Source: Coriobacteriales bacterium (GTDB lineage Bacteria > Actinomycetota > Coriobacteriia > Coriobacteriales > UBA8131). From it: DNA of 64,000 nucleotides. The notes under the pieces were generated by a model that did no database searches, was not told where the DNA came from, and worked only from the letters and a program-made list of their open reading frames with translations. The DNA is taken from NCBI GenBank assembly GCA_031264075.1, contig JAISEO010000092.1, positions 15,083 through 79,082 of the forward strand, given 5' to 3'. This document shows, in pieces, positions 47,935 to 58,221 of this stretch. How positions within the stretch are numbered: position 1 is the first letter of the stretch; each line of letters begins with the position of its first letter. The translations under genes and the position numbers were made by a program.

Positions 47935-50900
47935 ATGGCAAGCTCTCAAAACACGAAGAATCCGCATCTCACTGCAGCCCTCTTCCTCCTCCCTGCTCTC
48001 GTAGCACTGCTGCTTGCTGTCTCACTTACGCTTCCTGCTCCTCTGGCCTATGCGGCCGATGAGCCCTTTACCACGGGATATCCGGTCACCCTCGTCGTTA
48101 CCGATTCCGCGCCTGCCCTCCCCGCTACCTCAGACACTGCGACCCCGCTTGTGCTCTGCGCCCTCGCCTCGGCCCTTGCAGGAGCTGCACTTCTGGCCTG
48201 TCGCTCCCTCTACTGCCTGCGCAGGGGAGCAGCCCAGCCCGCCTCAGCTTCTCGCTATGCCGCGCACGCACCGGCCCTCGCTGTGTCTCCTCGCAGGGGA
48301 GTGTATGCTGGTAACAGGGGAGGCAGGAAAGCCAAGCCTGCCCGCCATGCTGGCCGTGCCACTGCCACAGCTTCCAGGCCAGCTCCCTTACAGGCGACGC
48401 CCTCCCGGACAGCCTCCCTAACGCAAACTCCCTTCAAGACACAGCGCCGTCTCGCCCTTCTTATGCTTGCCGTACTCACGGCTGTACTCATGGCTCTCCC
48501 CCTGTTCTCCTCCCTTGCAGACGCCGCACCCGAGGGACTGACGATAACCGTAGACAGGAGTGCCAAGGATCCCGTACGCATCACCTTCAACCACGACACC
48601 ACACAGACAGACAGCCGCTATGTAAGCCTTGAGGGATCACTGGAGAAGGCACTCCCCGCAGGCCTCACGCTCACGCTTCAGTCAGGCAAACTCACGACAT
48701 CAGACACCACGGTGCTCGACGTAAAGACCGCCTCTGATGTGGTGCCCTCCGGCATCTATGCCCTCAGCCTTGCCGCGAGTGCAGATGCCACGGCCTCGCT
48801 CGGCAGCTATGAGCTTACCGTGGAGGTCACCACCACTGACAAGCGCACAGACCTCGGTGTCACGGGCGTGATCCTGGCTGGCGCACCTACGAGGGAATAC
48901 GACGGCAACACCGACATCGCCACACAGGGCACGGCGCGTCTCACCGGCACCCACACAGGCGATGACGTAGCGCTCAGCTCCGGGGCTGCCGTCGTTCTTG
49001 CCGGCAAGGACGCAGGCACCCAGGCCCTTGTTACCACCGCAGCCCTCACCGGCATCGATGCCTTCAAGTATATCCTGAGGCCTGAGGTGGTGGACGCGTC
49101 CGGTATGCCGATAACCGTGGTGGTAACACCGAGGCCGCTGAGCTTTACCGGCTCGATGAGTGCGTCCAGGCTCTATGACGCCACCACCACACCGCCAACC
49201 GTCTTAGACATCATCGTAGAGAATGCCGACTTCTTTGACGGCCTCGTGGGCGGCGAGGGCTTCACCCTGTCTATTGCAGGTATTGCTCTGGGGAGCTTCC
49301 CGAGCCTTGCTGTCGGCGACTATATCCTGCCCTACACCGGCGATCTTGCGCTGAGCGACCCCACAGGGGGTGCCCTGGCCTCCAACTACACTCTTGTACA
49401 GCCGAGCCCAAAGCAGATGCCTGCTACTATCACCCCGCCGGTTATCGAGCTTGAGCTAACAGTTGAGGAGGCCAATCAGGCCCTGGCCCTGAACAAGTAC
49501 TTCACCAATGAGTACAGCGTGGATTGGGGCGACGGCAGTGCGGTGACAGCAAAGCAGGCAGGTATTGAAAGCCATCCTTATTCCGAGCCAGGCACCTACA
49601 CCGTCACGCTGACACCGACTACCCTCGCGGCAGTGTACAGTCAGTGGACCTTTGACGCCAACAGCAATACTATAACGTTCGTTCCCCTGGCCGGCACAAC
49701 CGTTGCCAAGGTGGAGGTCTCCTCCCTCCCTCCCCTGAGTTACTTCATGGAGGATGCGACCACCGCGCCCGACCACTTCTTCACCTGTTTCAACTATTCG
49801 GGTGCCCTCACCGCTCTACCCGAGGGATCCTTTGACACCTCAGGCATTGAGACCGTGAGTGACAGCTTCTTCCGCAGCTTTAACCGCGGTGGTGCCCTCG
49901 CCTTCCTGCCCGAGGGCTCCTTTGACATTTCCAAGATCGAATCCGCAGGTGACAACTTCTTCCTCTACTTTAACAATGAGGGCTCCCTCGAAACCCTACC
50001 CGCTGCCTCATTCAACACCTCGAGCATCAAAACCACCGGCACCTACTTCTTCTACGGTTTTAACCGGACAGGCAAACTCGAATCCCTGCCGGAAGGCTCC
50101 TTCAACACCTCCGACATCATTGCGGTGGACACCAATTTCTTCGGTGCCTTCAACTCTGAGGGTCATCTTGAAACACTCCCCGCGGGCTCCTTTGATACTT
50201 CCAATATCGCCACGGCATACCCATATTTCTTTGTCGCTTTCAACGATGAAGGTCATCTCAAATCCCTGCCTGCTGGCTCCTTCAACACTTCGAATATCGA
50301 GACCGTAGATGAGGGCTTTTTCTACTTCTTTAACTACTCCGGCTCCCTCACCTCGCTACCCGCAGGCTCCTTTGACACCTTGAATATCAAATCCGCAGGC
50401 GACAACTTCTTCTTCTACTTTAACGACGAGGGCTCTCTTGAAACACTCCCTGCAGGCTCCTTTAACATCTCGAAGATCGAGACCGCTGGCAACGACTTTT
50501 TCAGCTACTTCAACCGCAGAGGATCCCTCATCTCCCTGCCGGTTGGCTCCTTTGATACCTCACATATTGAAGTTGCAGGCGACCGATTCTTCTCTTACTT
50601 TAATTGCGATGGCGCCCTCACCTCCCTGCCGTATGGCTCCTTCAACATCTCAGGCATCAAAACCGCAGGCGATGACTTTTTCTCCTCCTTCAACAGCTGG
50701 GGAGGCAAGCTTCAAACCCTGCCTGCAGGCTCCTTCAATACTTCGAATATCGAGACCGCAGGTAACTCTTTCTTCTCTGCGTTCAACGCCGATGGCGGCC
50801 AGCTTGAAACACTCCCCGAAGGCTCCTTCAACATCTCAGGCATCAAAACCGCAGGCGATGACTTTTTCTCCTCCTTCAACAGCTGGGAAGGCAAGCTTCA

Positions 50901-51291
50901 CACCCTGCCCATAGGCTCCTTCGACACTTCAAATATTGAGACCGCAGGCGACAATTTCTTCAAGAACTTCAATTCAACCGACGGCCACCTCATCTCCCTG
51001 CCGGATTACTCCTTCGATACTTCAAACATCACCACCGCAGGCAACTCCTTCTTCTACGGATTTAACGACTCCGGCGCTCTCACCTCCCTGCCTGCAAGCT
51101 TCAAGTGGCCCGCGATAGCCTCTGCGGTTGGCTCGGATAACTTCTTCCATGCCTTTGATTCTGCAACCGCGTTCAGCGGCACCACGGCGCAGGCTATCAT
51201 CGAGGAGTGCGCGGATCCTGCATATGCTACCGGTTGCTTCTCGTCTAACCAGCCAGGCTACAGCAGTCTGCCCGCGAATTGGAAGGGCTGA
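47935..51291 (+). CDS. large repeat-containing surface protein (LRR-like 30-aa repeats, adhesin-like)
   Basis: Start taken at MASSQNTKN.. with signal-like helices. A mid region is adhesin-like (..YDGNTD..). The C-terminal half is 15 tandem repeats of LxxLPxGSFxTSxIxxxGxxFFxxFNxxGx. Confidence 0.7.
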   Translation: MASSQNTKNPHLTAALFLLPALVALLLAVSLTLPAPLAYAADEPFTTGYPVTLVVTDSAPALPATSDTATPLVLCALASALAGAALLACRSLYCLRRGAAQPASASRYAAHAPALAVSPRRGVYAGNRGGRKAKPARHAGRATATASRPAPLQATPSRTASLTQTPFKTQRRLALLMLAVLTAVLMALPLFSSLADAAPEGLTITVDRSAKDPVRITFNHDTTQTDSRYVSLEGSLEKALPAGLTLTLQSGKLTTSDTTVLDVKTASDVVPSGIYALSLAASADATASLGSYELTVEVTTTDKRTDLGVTGVILAGAPTREYDGNTDIATQGTARLTGTHTGDDVALSSGAAVVLAGKDAGTQALVTTAALTGIDAFKYILRPEVVDASGMPITVVVTPRPLSFTGSMSASRLYDATTTPPTVLDIIVENADFFDGLVGGEGFTLSIAGIALGSFPSLAVGDYILPYTGDLALSDPTGGALASNYTLVQPSPKQMPATITPPVIELELTVEEANQALALNKYFTNEYSVDWGDGSAVTAKQAGIESHPYSEPGTYTVTLTPTTLAAVYSQWTFDANSNTITFVPLAGTTVAKVEVSSLPPLSYFMEDATTAPDHFFTCFNYSGALTALPEGSFDTSGIETVSDSFFRSFNRGGALAFLPEGSFDISKIESAGDNFFLYFNNEGSLETLPAASFNTSSIKTTGTYFFYGFNRTGKLESLPEGSFNTSDIIAVDTNFFGAFNSEGHLETLPAGSFDTSNIATAYPYFFVAFNDEGHLKSLPAGSFNTSNIETVDEGFFYFFNYSGSLTSLPAGSFDTLNIKSAGDNFFFYFNDEGSLETLPAGSFNISKIETAGNDFFSYFNRRGSLISLPVGSFDTSHIEVAGDRFFSYFNCDGALTSLPYGSFNISGIKTAGDDFFSSFNSWGGKLQTLPAGSFNTSNIETAGNSFFSAFNADGGQLETLPEGSFNISGIKTAGDDFFSSFNSWEGKLHTLPIGSFDTSNIETAGDNFFKNFNSTDGHLISLPDYSFDTSNITTAGNSFFYGFNDSGALTSLPASFKWPAIASAVGSDNFFHAFDSATAFSGTTAQAIIEECADPAYATGCFSSNQPGYSSLPANWKG
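49800..51150. repeat. about 15 tandem 90-bp coding repeats
   Basis: The periodicity is visible in the translation. Units 10 and 12 (about 50630-50710 and 50810-50890) are nearly identical at the DNA level. Confidence 0.8.
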
Positions 51292-51768
51292 GCCGCGAGA
51301 GGGGAGCAGTACGCTTATCCTGGTGAGCCGTATCGCTTGCTGGGCGCTTTGGCGCATTCCGCCGAGCGTTCTTCGAGCTTTCGTCTAAAACCCGATACCG
51401 GGTAATCCAACAAACTGATAGCACACATAAGCGGGGACGCTTCCTTCTGCGACAGGGCGAAGGAGTTCCCCTCCGAAGGCGCACAGCCTCCTGTTCCCGT
51501 TGCTTCAGGCGAGGTTTCTGAACGGGCGGTTTTGTCCTGGTTTTGATGCTGCTGAATGGGTTAAGGCGCAGTTTGGAAGTCATCATGTGCTGGTTAAGAA
51601 CGGTCTGCGACACTGAGGGGGCAAGAAAATCCAGAATCCGTAGGCCATGCACCACGCACCCCCCTCAAGCCTGAGGATCCTGGACCCAAAACCGAAATCT
51701 CAGACACTGCGAACTCGGGAATGAAGTGGCCCACGGGCAATAAGGTTCAGGCTCACTTCAGGATTGGA

Positions 51769-52665
51769 ATGGCTACGATGGCACTACGAAGAAGGCTCGG
51801 CTCAGCAAAAAAGCGTCTCGCCCTGGCACTGCTTGCCGGTGTTGCCGCGGCGGTGCTCATGTTCCTCTACGCGGGCAGTCTGGAGGCACGCGCGAACTCT
51901 GCCCAGAATGCTGCCATAGATGAGTATGGCGGAACCCGGACCGAGGTGTTGGTTGCCACGCGCGACCTTCTGGCGGGCGAGGAGCTGAGCGCCGAGAATA
52001 CCGCGATGATGCCCTGGCTTTCGGGTCTGCTGCCGCAGGGCGCGATAACCAATCCGGAGGAGGCCTACACGCTCGCCCTGTCGCTCCCGGTGTGGGCAAA
52101 CGAGCCGATTCTCGCGGTCAAACTGGGCAGCGGCGAGGAACTCATCCAGGTGCCCGATGGCCTCGTTGCGGTGAGCATCCCTATAAGTGACGACATGGCG
52201 GTGGGCGGTTCTCTGCTCCCGGGGAGTTCCGTGGACCTCTACGCCGTAGGAGCAAGTCGGGTGAGCCTCGTGCTCGCCGATGCCCTCGTGCTGGAGGCTT
52301 CCAATGGTGTGGGCAGCGTGCAGACAGGCGACGCAAAGCAGGCAGGCATCGTCCTCGGCGGCAGTTCACGGGCCGCGCTCAAGTGGGTCACGCTTGCCGT
52401 GAGGGACGAGACGGTGGCAGAACTGCTCAGTGCCGCACGCGACAATACCCTGAGCCTGGTCTTACCGGGGCAGAATGCCGGAGCCGCGCTGCGAGAGCCT
52501 GCGAGTGGTGACGCACGTCTGAGCGAGGCCGACACAGATGAAGACGTGAGCAGCGAGGAGAGCGCCAGCAGTGCAGAAGCCAATGGTGAGAGGCCCGGTA
52601 CCAGCAGCAATGAAGCCGCCACCAGCACAGCCGGCGGTGCCGCAGGAGGGGAGGGACGGAAATGA
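51769..52665 (+). CDS. cpaB: Flp pilus assembly protein CpaB/RcpC
   Basis: N-terminal TM helix, then a SAF-like region (..VLVATRDLLAGEELS..). It is the first gene of the tad operon. Confidence 0.7.
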   Translation: MATMALRRRLGSAKKRLALALLAGVAAAVLMFLYAGSLEARANSAQNAAIDEYGGTRTEVLVATRDLLAGEELSAENTAMMPWLSGLLPQGAITNPEEAYTLALSLPVWANEPILAVKLGSGEELIQVPDGLVAVSIPISDDMAVGGSLLPGSSVDLYAVGASRVSLVLADALVLEASNGVGSVQTGDAKQAGIVLGGSSRAALKWVTLAVRDETVAELLSAARDNTLSLVLPGQNAGAALREPASGDARLSEADTDEDVSSEESASSAEANGERPGTSSNEAATSTAGGAAGGEGRK

Positions 52666-54101
52666 TGCAGTCCACAGAGCAGTGCCAAAGAGCAGGCGAG
52701 ATAGTGGCCTACGGCTTCTGTGCCGAGGAGGACACACAGACCGGAGTACTGCGCAACCAGTTCATCCAACTGTTTTCCACGGCAACCGATGCGCGCAGGG
52801 CTCTGGCCTGTGCCACACCCGACGTGCAGGTGCTCATCTGCGACCGCCCCAATGAGGTCTCTCCGCTGAATCTGGCAGCTGCCCTCCATAAGGACAGCCC
52901 CCTGAGGGATATATATCTGGAGAAGACCGACCCGCAGAGCCTCTTTGTCTCCCGTGTGGAAGCGGCCGGAGCACGTGGGGTGGTAAGCAGGAGTGAAACA
53001 GAAAAGCTCCTGGGCCTGGCAACATCGAGAGGCATAGCGGAGAACCCGGATGACACGCCGCCTCTCAGGGTGGGCATCGGCACAGCCTATCAGGCAGACA
53101 GGCAGCCGCACGCTACGGCGACGACTCTGCCCAATCGGGCAGATAAGCCCGTCCTTCAGACCTACGCGGCCTCACCCGAGGATCTTGCCTGGCTGGAGTG
53201 CGTTCTGGATCTGGATGATATCGATGAGTTCGCTCCGGTCCTTGGCGCAGGGCCGGCCCTGGCAGAAAAACCCCGTGTGTCGCTCAATCCCGTGCAGCCA
53301 GAGCTGCCCCAGCCAAAGCCGGTACCGCTGGCGGAACCCGAGCCGGAGGACAGGGGAGTTGTTGTCGCCTTCATCTCCGGGCGAGGGGGCGTGGGAAAGT
53401 CGAGCCTCACGGTGCTGACTGCCATCGAGCTCTGGCTTGCCGGTTCACGCGTGGCCATGCTGGACATGGACCTGCAGTTCGGCGATCTGGGGGTGCTCGC
53501 GGGTAATGAGGCGCAGAGTCGTATCCAACGCATCGGGGTCGAACAACTCTGCAACAACCGCACGAAGCTCCCCACTTCAGAGGGCTCCCTCCTGCTCGTC
53601 GAGGCCCCCGGTAACCCGGAGCTGGCCGAGGAACTCGTGCACCAGATCCCCGAGCTGCTTGCCCAACTGAGACGCGTGGCGGACATCGTACTCATCAACA
53701 CCGGCTGCCTGTGGAACGAGGCGGCGGCAGTCCTGGCTTCGAGCGCCGACCGGCTGATTCTCTGCATGGACCAGCGGGCTACCTCTGTGTCGGCGGCCCG
53801 GCAGGTAGTGGATCTGTGTGTGCGCCTGCAAATACCCTCAACGCGGCTCTGCTATCTGCTCAATCGCTGTGCCCGAAACGCACCCATTACCGACATCGAT
53901 GCCTCTCTTGCCATGGGCGGCGTAAGCGTCGTGACCATTGCGGAGGGAGGAATGGACGTGGACGAACTGCTCAGCCTCGGGTGTCCCTGTGAGTTACTCT
54001 CCGCGCAGGCGCCCCTGCGTCAATCCATACAGAAGCTCGGGGCGTGCCTGCTGGGCCAGCCGGGCAGTGAGGCAGCACGGAGCGGAGGAAGGCGGCGATG
54101 A
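52662..54101 (+). CDS. tadZ: TadZ/CpaE-like ParA/MinD-family ATPase
   Basis: Deviant Walker A ..ISGRGGVGKSSL... Receiver-like N-terminal region. Start overlaps the cpaB stop. Confidence 0.75.
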   Translation: MMQSTEQCQRAGEIVAYGFCAEEDTQTGVLRNQFIQLFSTATDARRALACATPDVQVLICDRPNEVSPLNLAAALHKDSPLRDIYLEKTDPQSLFVSRVEAAGARGVVSRSETEKLLGLATSRGIAENPDDTPPLRVGIGTAYQADRQPHATATTLPNRADKPVLQTYAASPEDLAWLECVLDLDDIDEFAPVLGAGPALAEKPRVSLNPVQPELPQPKPVPLAEPEPEDRGVVVAFISGRGGVGKSSLTVLTAIELWLAGSRVAMLDMDLQFGDLGVLAGNEAQSRIQRIGVEQLCNNRTKLPTSEGSLLLVEAPGNPELAEELVHQIPELLAQLRRVADIVLINTGCLWNEAAAVLASSADRLILCMDQRATSVSAARQVVDLCVRLQIPSTRLCYLLNRCARNAPITDIDASLAMGGVSVVTIAEGGMDVDELLSLGCPCELLSAQAPLRQSIQKLGACLLGQPGSEAARSGGRRR

Positions 54102-55420
54102 GCCTTCGGAGTTATATCGAGCGTGCCCATCCGGAGCAGAGCCTGGACTCGGCCACTGCCGATAACCGGAGGGCATCCCTTGCCTTGCGGGAGGCGCTGT
54201 TCGGTCGCCTGTCGAGCGAGCGCATTGCCGAGCTGCTGCTGGAAAACGCCACGCGTGCTCGTCTGGAGGTGATGTCCGTACTCGCCATCGTCGCCCAGTC
54301 CGATGAGTTCGCCCTGCTTGACTGCGAAGAACGCCGCTTGCTCATAGAGGATGTTGCCAATGCCGTGCTGGGTCTGGGGCCGCTGGAACAGCTGCTTGCC
54401 CGGCCGGAGATTACCGAGATCATGGTCAACGGCCACGACAGGATCTTCTATGAGCAGGGCGGCAAGCTCTATCCGAGTGAGGTCAATTTCAACGACGAGC
54501 AGCAGCTTCGCATGGTCATAGACCGCATCCTGGGGCCGCTTGGCAGGCGGGTAGACGAACAGAGCCCCCTCGTATCGGCCAGACTTGCGGAAGGTCATCG
54601 TGTCAACGTGGTCATTCCCCCACTTTCGCTTGTCGGCCCTGTCCTCACCATCCGAAAGTTCCGCGAGGAGATCTATTCGCTGGACGAGTTGATACAACTG
54701 GAGAGCCTTGACGCTGCCGGTGCCGCCCTGCTCCGGCTCGCCGTGCGCGCGCGGAGGAATATCGCCGTCAGTGGTGGCACCGGCAGCGGCAAGACCACGC
54801 TGCTCAACGCGCTCTCGCTGGAGATACCCGCCGATGAACGCATCATCACGATAGAGGACGCGGCCGAGTTGCGCTTCAGTAAGCACCCGCATGTCGTGCG
54901 CCTTGAGGCGCGTACCCAGAGTGCCGAGGGTACGGGAGAGGTAACCATCAGGGATCTGGTCGTCAACGCGCTCCGCATGCGACCGGACCGGATCATCGTG
55001 GGGGAGTGCCGGAGTGGCGAGGCCCTTGACATGCTCCAGGCCATGAACACGGGCCACGACGGTTCGCTCACCACCCTGCACGCGAACTCGCCCGAGGAGG
55101 TCTCCCGGCGCCTGACGATGATGGCCCGCTTTGCCATGGATCTGCCGGTAGACGTCATCGAAGAGCAGATAGCCTCTGCCCTGGATCTGGTGGTGCAGGT
55201 AGACCGTATGGCCTCGGGAGCCAGGAAGCTCACCAGCATCTGTGAGCTCGGCGGCTCGGGGCAAACTGGAGTGCAGATAGACCGCCTGGTTTCCTGGGAT
55301 CAGCGAGAGCACTGCTACCGCTACCACAAGGCACCCCGGTGGCTCAAAGACTACGAGGGCGTGGGGAGCATGAGCGCCGAGGAGGTGGACACATGGCTGG
55401 GTATGGCTGGCCTCTCATAG
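54098..55420 (+). CDS. tadA: Tad secretion ATPase TadA/CpaF
   Basis: Walker A ..VSGGTGSGKTTLLNAL.., a Walker B/Asp box ..IITIEDAAEL.. and a His box ..GHDGSLTTLHA... Confidence 0.9.
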   Translation: MSLRSYIERAHPEQSLDSATADNRRASLALREALFGRLSSERIAELLLENATRARLEVMSVLAIVAQSDEFALLDCEERRLLIEDVANAVLGLGPLEQLLARPEITEIMVNGHDRIFYEQGGKLYPSEVNFNDEQQLRMVIDRILGPLGRRVDEQSPLVSARLAEGHRVNVVIPPLSLVGPVLTIRKFREEIYSLDELIQLESLDAAGAALLRLAVRARRNIAVSGGTGSGKTTLLNALSLEIPADERIITIEDAAELRFSKHPHVVRLEARTQSAEGTGEVTIRDLVVNALRMRPDRIIVGECRSGEALDMLQAMNTGHDGSLTTLHANSPEEVSRRLTMMARFAMDLPVDVIEEQIASALDLVVQVDRMASGARKLTSICELGGSGQTGVQIDRLVSWDQREHCYRYHKAPRWLKDYEGVGSMSAEEVDTWLGMAGLS

Positions 55421-56388
55421 GGGCAAGCGTCGTATCGGCCGGCCTTTGTGCGGCCCTGGTGCTGCCCGTCCTGCTTGACCTGGTGGCCGGAATGCGGAGG
55501 ACCGTCCAGATACGAGGTGCGCTGGCAGGAGGCAGGCAGGGCAGGCTCTGGGAACTCCTGCTCGCCGATCTCTGCACCAACGGGATGCGACCCTGCAGAT
55601 TCGCGGCAAGGCTCCTCTCCCGGATTCCGTCCTTCTCACAGACGGCGGAAGAGGCCCGGTCTGTCCTCGCAGACCGTATACCGGGATGTACGAGCAGGGC
55701 CATAGCGGAGTCGCTGCTCGGTCTCAGCCTGCTCTTTGGATTGGCAGTGTACGTGCTCACCGGTCAGCTGCTGCTGGCCGTGGTGGGCCTGGCGGCACCG
55801 TCCGTCTGTGTACGGCTCCAGGCACAGAAGTGGCTGCGGAAGCGCAGGAACAGCCTGCGCGAGCAGTTCCCCGATGCCCTGCGGGGCCTGGGTATGTGCT
55901 TCATAGCCGGACTCAGCCTTGAGCAGGCCTTTGACCAAACGGCACAGGAATGCCGTGAACCGCTCCGCCGTGAGCTGCGCCGCGCGGTCGATGACCTGCG
56001 TACCGGTTCATCGATCCTGGAAACCCTGGAGAGCCTGGACGCACGCCTTGCGATGGATGACATGCGCTTTGTTGCCGTGGCCATGGAGATCCAGCACAGG
56101 ACGGGCGGGAGTATGCGCGAGGTGCTCGACGCAACGGCTGATTCGATGTTGGCGAGTTTTGACCTCAGCCGGTCATTGGAAGTGCAGACGGCCCAGGCCC
56201 GTATGTCCGCCCGTGTGGTGAGCATCCTGCCGCTGGCCCTGGTACTGGTGCTTTCGCTGGCCATGGAGGGCTATCTTGCCACCTTCTTCTCCAGCCCGGA
56301 AGGCCTCGCGCTCCTGCTTATCGCGGTTGGCATGCAGCTTGCCGGCATCCTGATAATCAGAAGAATCCTTGGCGTGGATCTGGGGTGA
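55393..56388 (+). CDS. tadB: TadB (type II secretion system F family)
   Basis: Polytopic protein with a T2SSF-like cytoplasmic domain. Start overlaps the tadA 3' end. Confidence 0.8.
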   Translation: MAGYGWPLIGASVVSAGLCAALVLPVLLDLVAGMRRTVQIRGALAGGRQGRLWELLLADLCTNGMRPCRFAARLLSRIPSFSQTAEEARSVLADRIPGCTSRAIAESLLGLSLLFGLAVYVLTGQLLLAVVGLAAPSVCVRLQAQKWLRKRRNSLREQFPDALRGLGMCFIAGLSLEQAFDQTAQECREPLRRELRRAVDDLRTGSSILETLESLDARLAMDDMRFVAVAMEIQHRTGGSMREVLDATADSMLASFDLSRSLEVQTAQARMSARVVSILPLALVLVLSLAMEGYLATFFSSPEGLALLLIAVGMQLAGILIIRRILGVDLG

Positions 56389-57050
56389 TGGTGATGGTAG
56401 TGATAAGCGCGTTGCTCCTCGGCTTGACGGTTGGCCTGCTGTGTCATTTCCTTTTACAGAAGCGCCAGCGGAGCAGGCAGCGGAACAGCATCAGGTCCCG
56501 GCTCCTTGCCACAACTTCGGTGGAGGAGACCGTACCCTTCTATGAGAAGCTGCCCTTTATCGGCGCGGTTGTGCGGAAAGGGCAGGCTCAGCACACGGCC
56601 CATCGTATTGAGGCGGAGCTGCCCCGGATGCTCGACATCCTGGCCATGGGCATGCATGCCGGTCTCAGTTTCGATGCGTCCTTTGGGCTGTACGTGCTGC
56701 GGTTCAACACGGAGCTTGCCCTGCTCTGCCGTGATCGGTTCGAGCTATGGGAACGCGGGCTTATCAGCAGGAGCGACGGCCTGGAACAGCTGGCGGCTCG
56801 CATGGATATCCCCCTCTTCGACCGCTTTTGCCGTACGGCATCGCGCTCGCTTCGCCACGGCATACCCATGGCGCCGCTCATCAAGGAATACGCGAACGAA
56901 GCGCGTAAGGAATATCGCAACAAGCAGAAGGAACTGGTGCTCAAGGCCCCGGTCAAAATGCTGCTCCCCACGGGGGTCTTGATCCTGCCGGCGATGCTGT
57001 TGCTTGTCATAGGACCGATTGTATTGGATGTCACAGGAAGGATGGTATGA
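56385..57050 (+). CDS. tadC: TadC (type II secretion system F family)
   Basis: Second T2SSF-family membrane protein. Its start overlaps the tadB stop. Confidence 0.8.
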   Translation: MMVMVVISALLLGLTVGLLCHFLLQKRQRSRQRNSIRSRLLATTSVEETVPFYEKLPFIGAVVRKGQAQHTAHRIEAELPRMLDILAMGMHAGLSFDASFGLYVLRFNTELALLCRDRFELWERGLISRSDGLEQLAARMDIPLFDRFCRTASRSLRHGIPMAPLIKEYANEARKEYRNKQKELVLKAPVKMLLPTGVLILPAMLLLVIGPIVLDVTGRMV

Positions 57051-57053
57051 ACG

Positions 57054-57335
57054 ATGAAGCATACGGATATGAAGGATGTCACGACCAAGGAGGCAGGGAT
57101 GAGGAAGAGTGGAGAAAGTTTGGCTGCATACTGCACGCGCAGATTGTTGGAACTGAGCCTTGCTGCTGTGGAAGCGGGCAGACGTCTCAAGTACGAACAG
57201 CGGGGCCAGGGCACGACCGAGTACGCCATATTGGTAGGCGTGTTGGTGGTGATTGCCATCATCGCCGTCATAGCCTTTCGCGAGAACCTGCAGCAACTCT
57301 GGGAGGACATCTCCGAGAGCATCAACTCCCTCTGA
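57054..57335 (+). CDS. flp: Flp-family type IVb pilin
   Basis: ..RGQG/TTEYAILVGVLVVIAIIAVIAF.. is the Flp motif (G/xxxEY plus a hydrophobic helix). The long leader makes the true start uncertain. Confidence 0.75.
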   Translation: MKHTDMKDVTTKEAGMRKSGESLAAYCTRRLLELSLAAVEAGRRLKYEQRGQGTTEYAILVGVLVVIAIIAVIAFRENLQQLWEDISESINSL

Positions 57336-57378
57336 CCCCTACCAGGCCCTGTAACCACGAAAGGAAGTCGATACTGCC

Positions 57379-57933
57379 ATGAAACGAAGACGGACACAGC
57401 AGCGCACCGTGCTTGCGACAGCTGTGGCAGCGGCCTCTGTCGTTGCAGTGCTATGGTTCTGCTGGCCCCTCTTCTCACCGGTAGGTGAGGAGCAGGTTGG
57501 AGATGCGCCGCAGCTGTTCTCCACAGCAGAATCTGCCGCAGAGGCTGTGCTGAGTGCAGAAGAAGACACGGGCACGCCAGGCATGGACGGCAGCGCGATG
57601 CTGCCCGTAGCGCCCCTGCAACTGGACGGGTTCAGGCAGTCCGGCGAATATGAGCGTGCCCAGACCCTGGAAAGCTGGCGGCTTGTCAGCGATGCGTCGT
57701 GTGCCGACTACGCGCTGGGCGTACTGGAGGATATCCACAGGCAGGGTTTTGAGCTGGTGCACGCCGGGTTCATGGATCTGTCCGGTGAGAGCTGGGGCTG
57801 CGTATTCACCGGAAGCAGCGGTGAGGCAGTGTCGGTCATGCTCCTGCCTGAGCGCCCCTTCAGCCCTCGTTCGGACGCCAATCCCCTGGTTGTGAATATC
57901 CTGCATTACTTTGCCAGGGAGGGTCTGACATGA
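57379..57933 (+). CDS. membrane-anchored hypothetical protein of the tad locus
   Basis: Basic N-terminus followed by one TM helix. No recognisable motif. Confidence 0.4.
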   Translation: MKRRRTQQRTVLATAVAAASVVAVLWFCWPLFSPVGEEQVGDAPQLFSTAESAAEAVLSAEEDTGTPGMDGSAMLPVAPLQLDGFRQSGEYERAQTLESWRLVSDASCADYALGVLEDIHRQGFELVHAGFMDLSGESWGCVFTGSSGEAVSVMLLPERPFSPRSDANPLVVNILHYFAREGLT

Positions 57934-58193
57934 GCCCCCCGCGAACTCATACCAGGCAGCCTCGCAGGAGCCTCGCGGCACGACTGCGCAACCAACGGCA
58001 CGTAGCCTGCTCCGGACAGGCCACGGTTGAATACCTCGTTGTCGGGGTGGCCCTCATCGTCATCATCATGGCACTGGGAGCGCTCTCCGGCCGTGTCCAG
58101 GAGGGCCTGTTCGTCCAGCACGCGGCTGACAGTGCTTCTCACGCCTTTACCACGAACACCGCCGGCTCAGTCGGGGATGTCCTGTTGTATTAG
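57930..58193 (+). CDS. second Flp-like pilin or pseudopilin
   Basis: ..CSGQ/ATVEYLVVGVALIVIIMAL.. is a Flp-type class III signal. Confidence 0.55.
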   Translation: MSPPRTHTRQPRRSLAARLRNQRHVACSGQATVEYLVVGVALIVIIMALGALSGRVQEGLFVQHAADSASHAFTTNTAGSVGDVLLY

Positions 58194-58221
58194 AAGGGTT
58201 GGGGAGCGAGGTGGCACAGCA

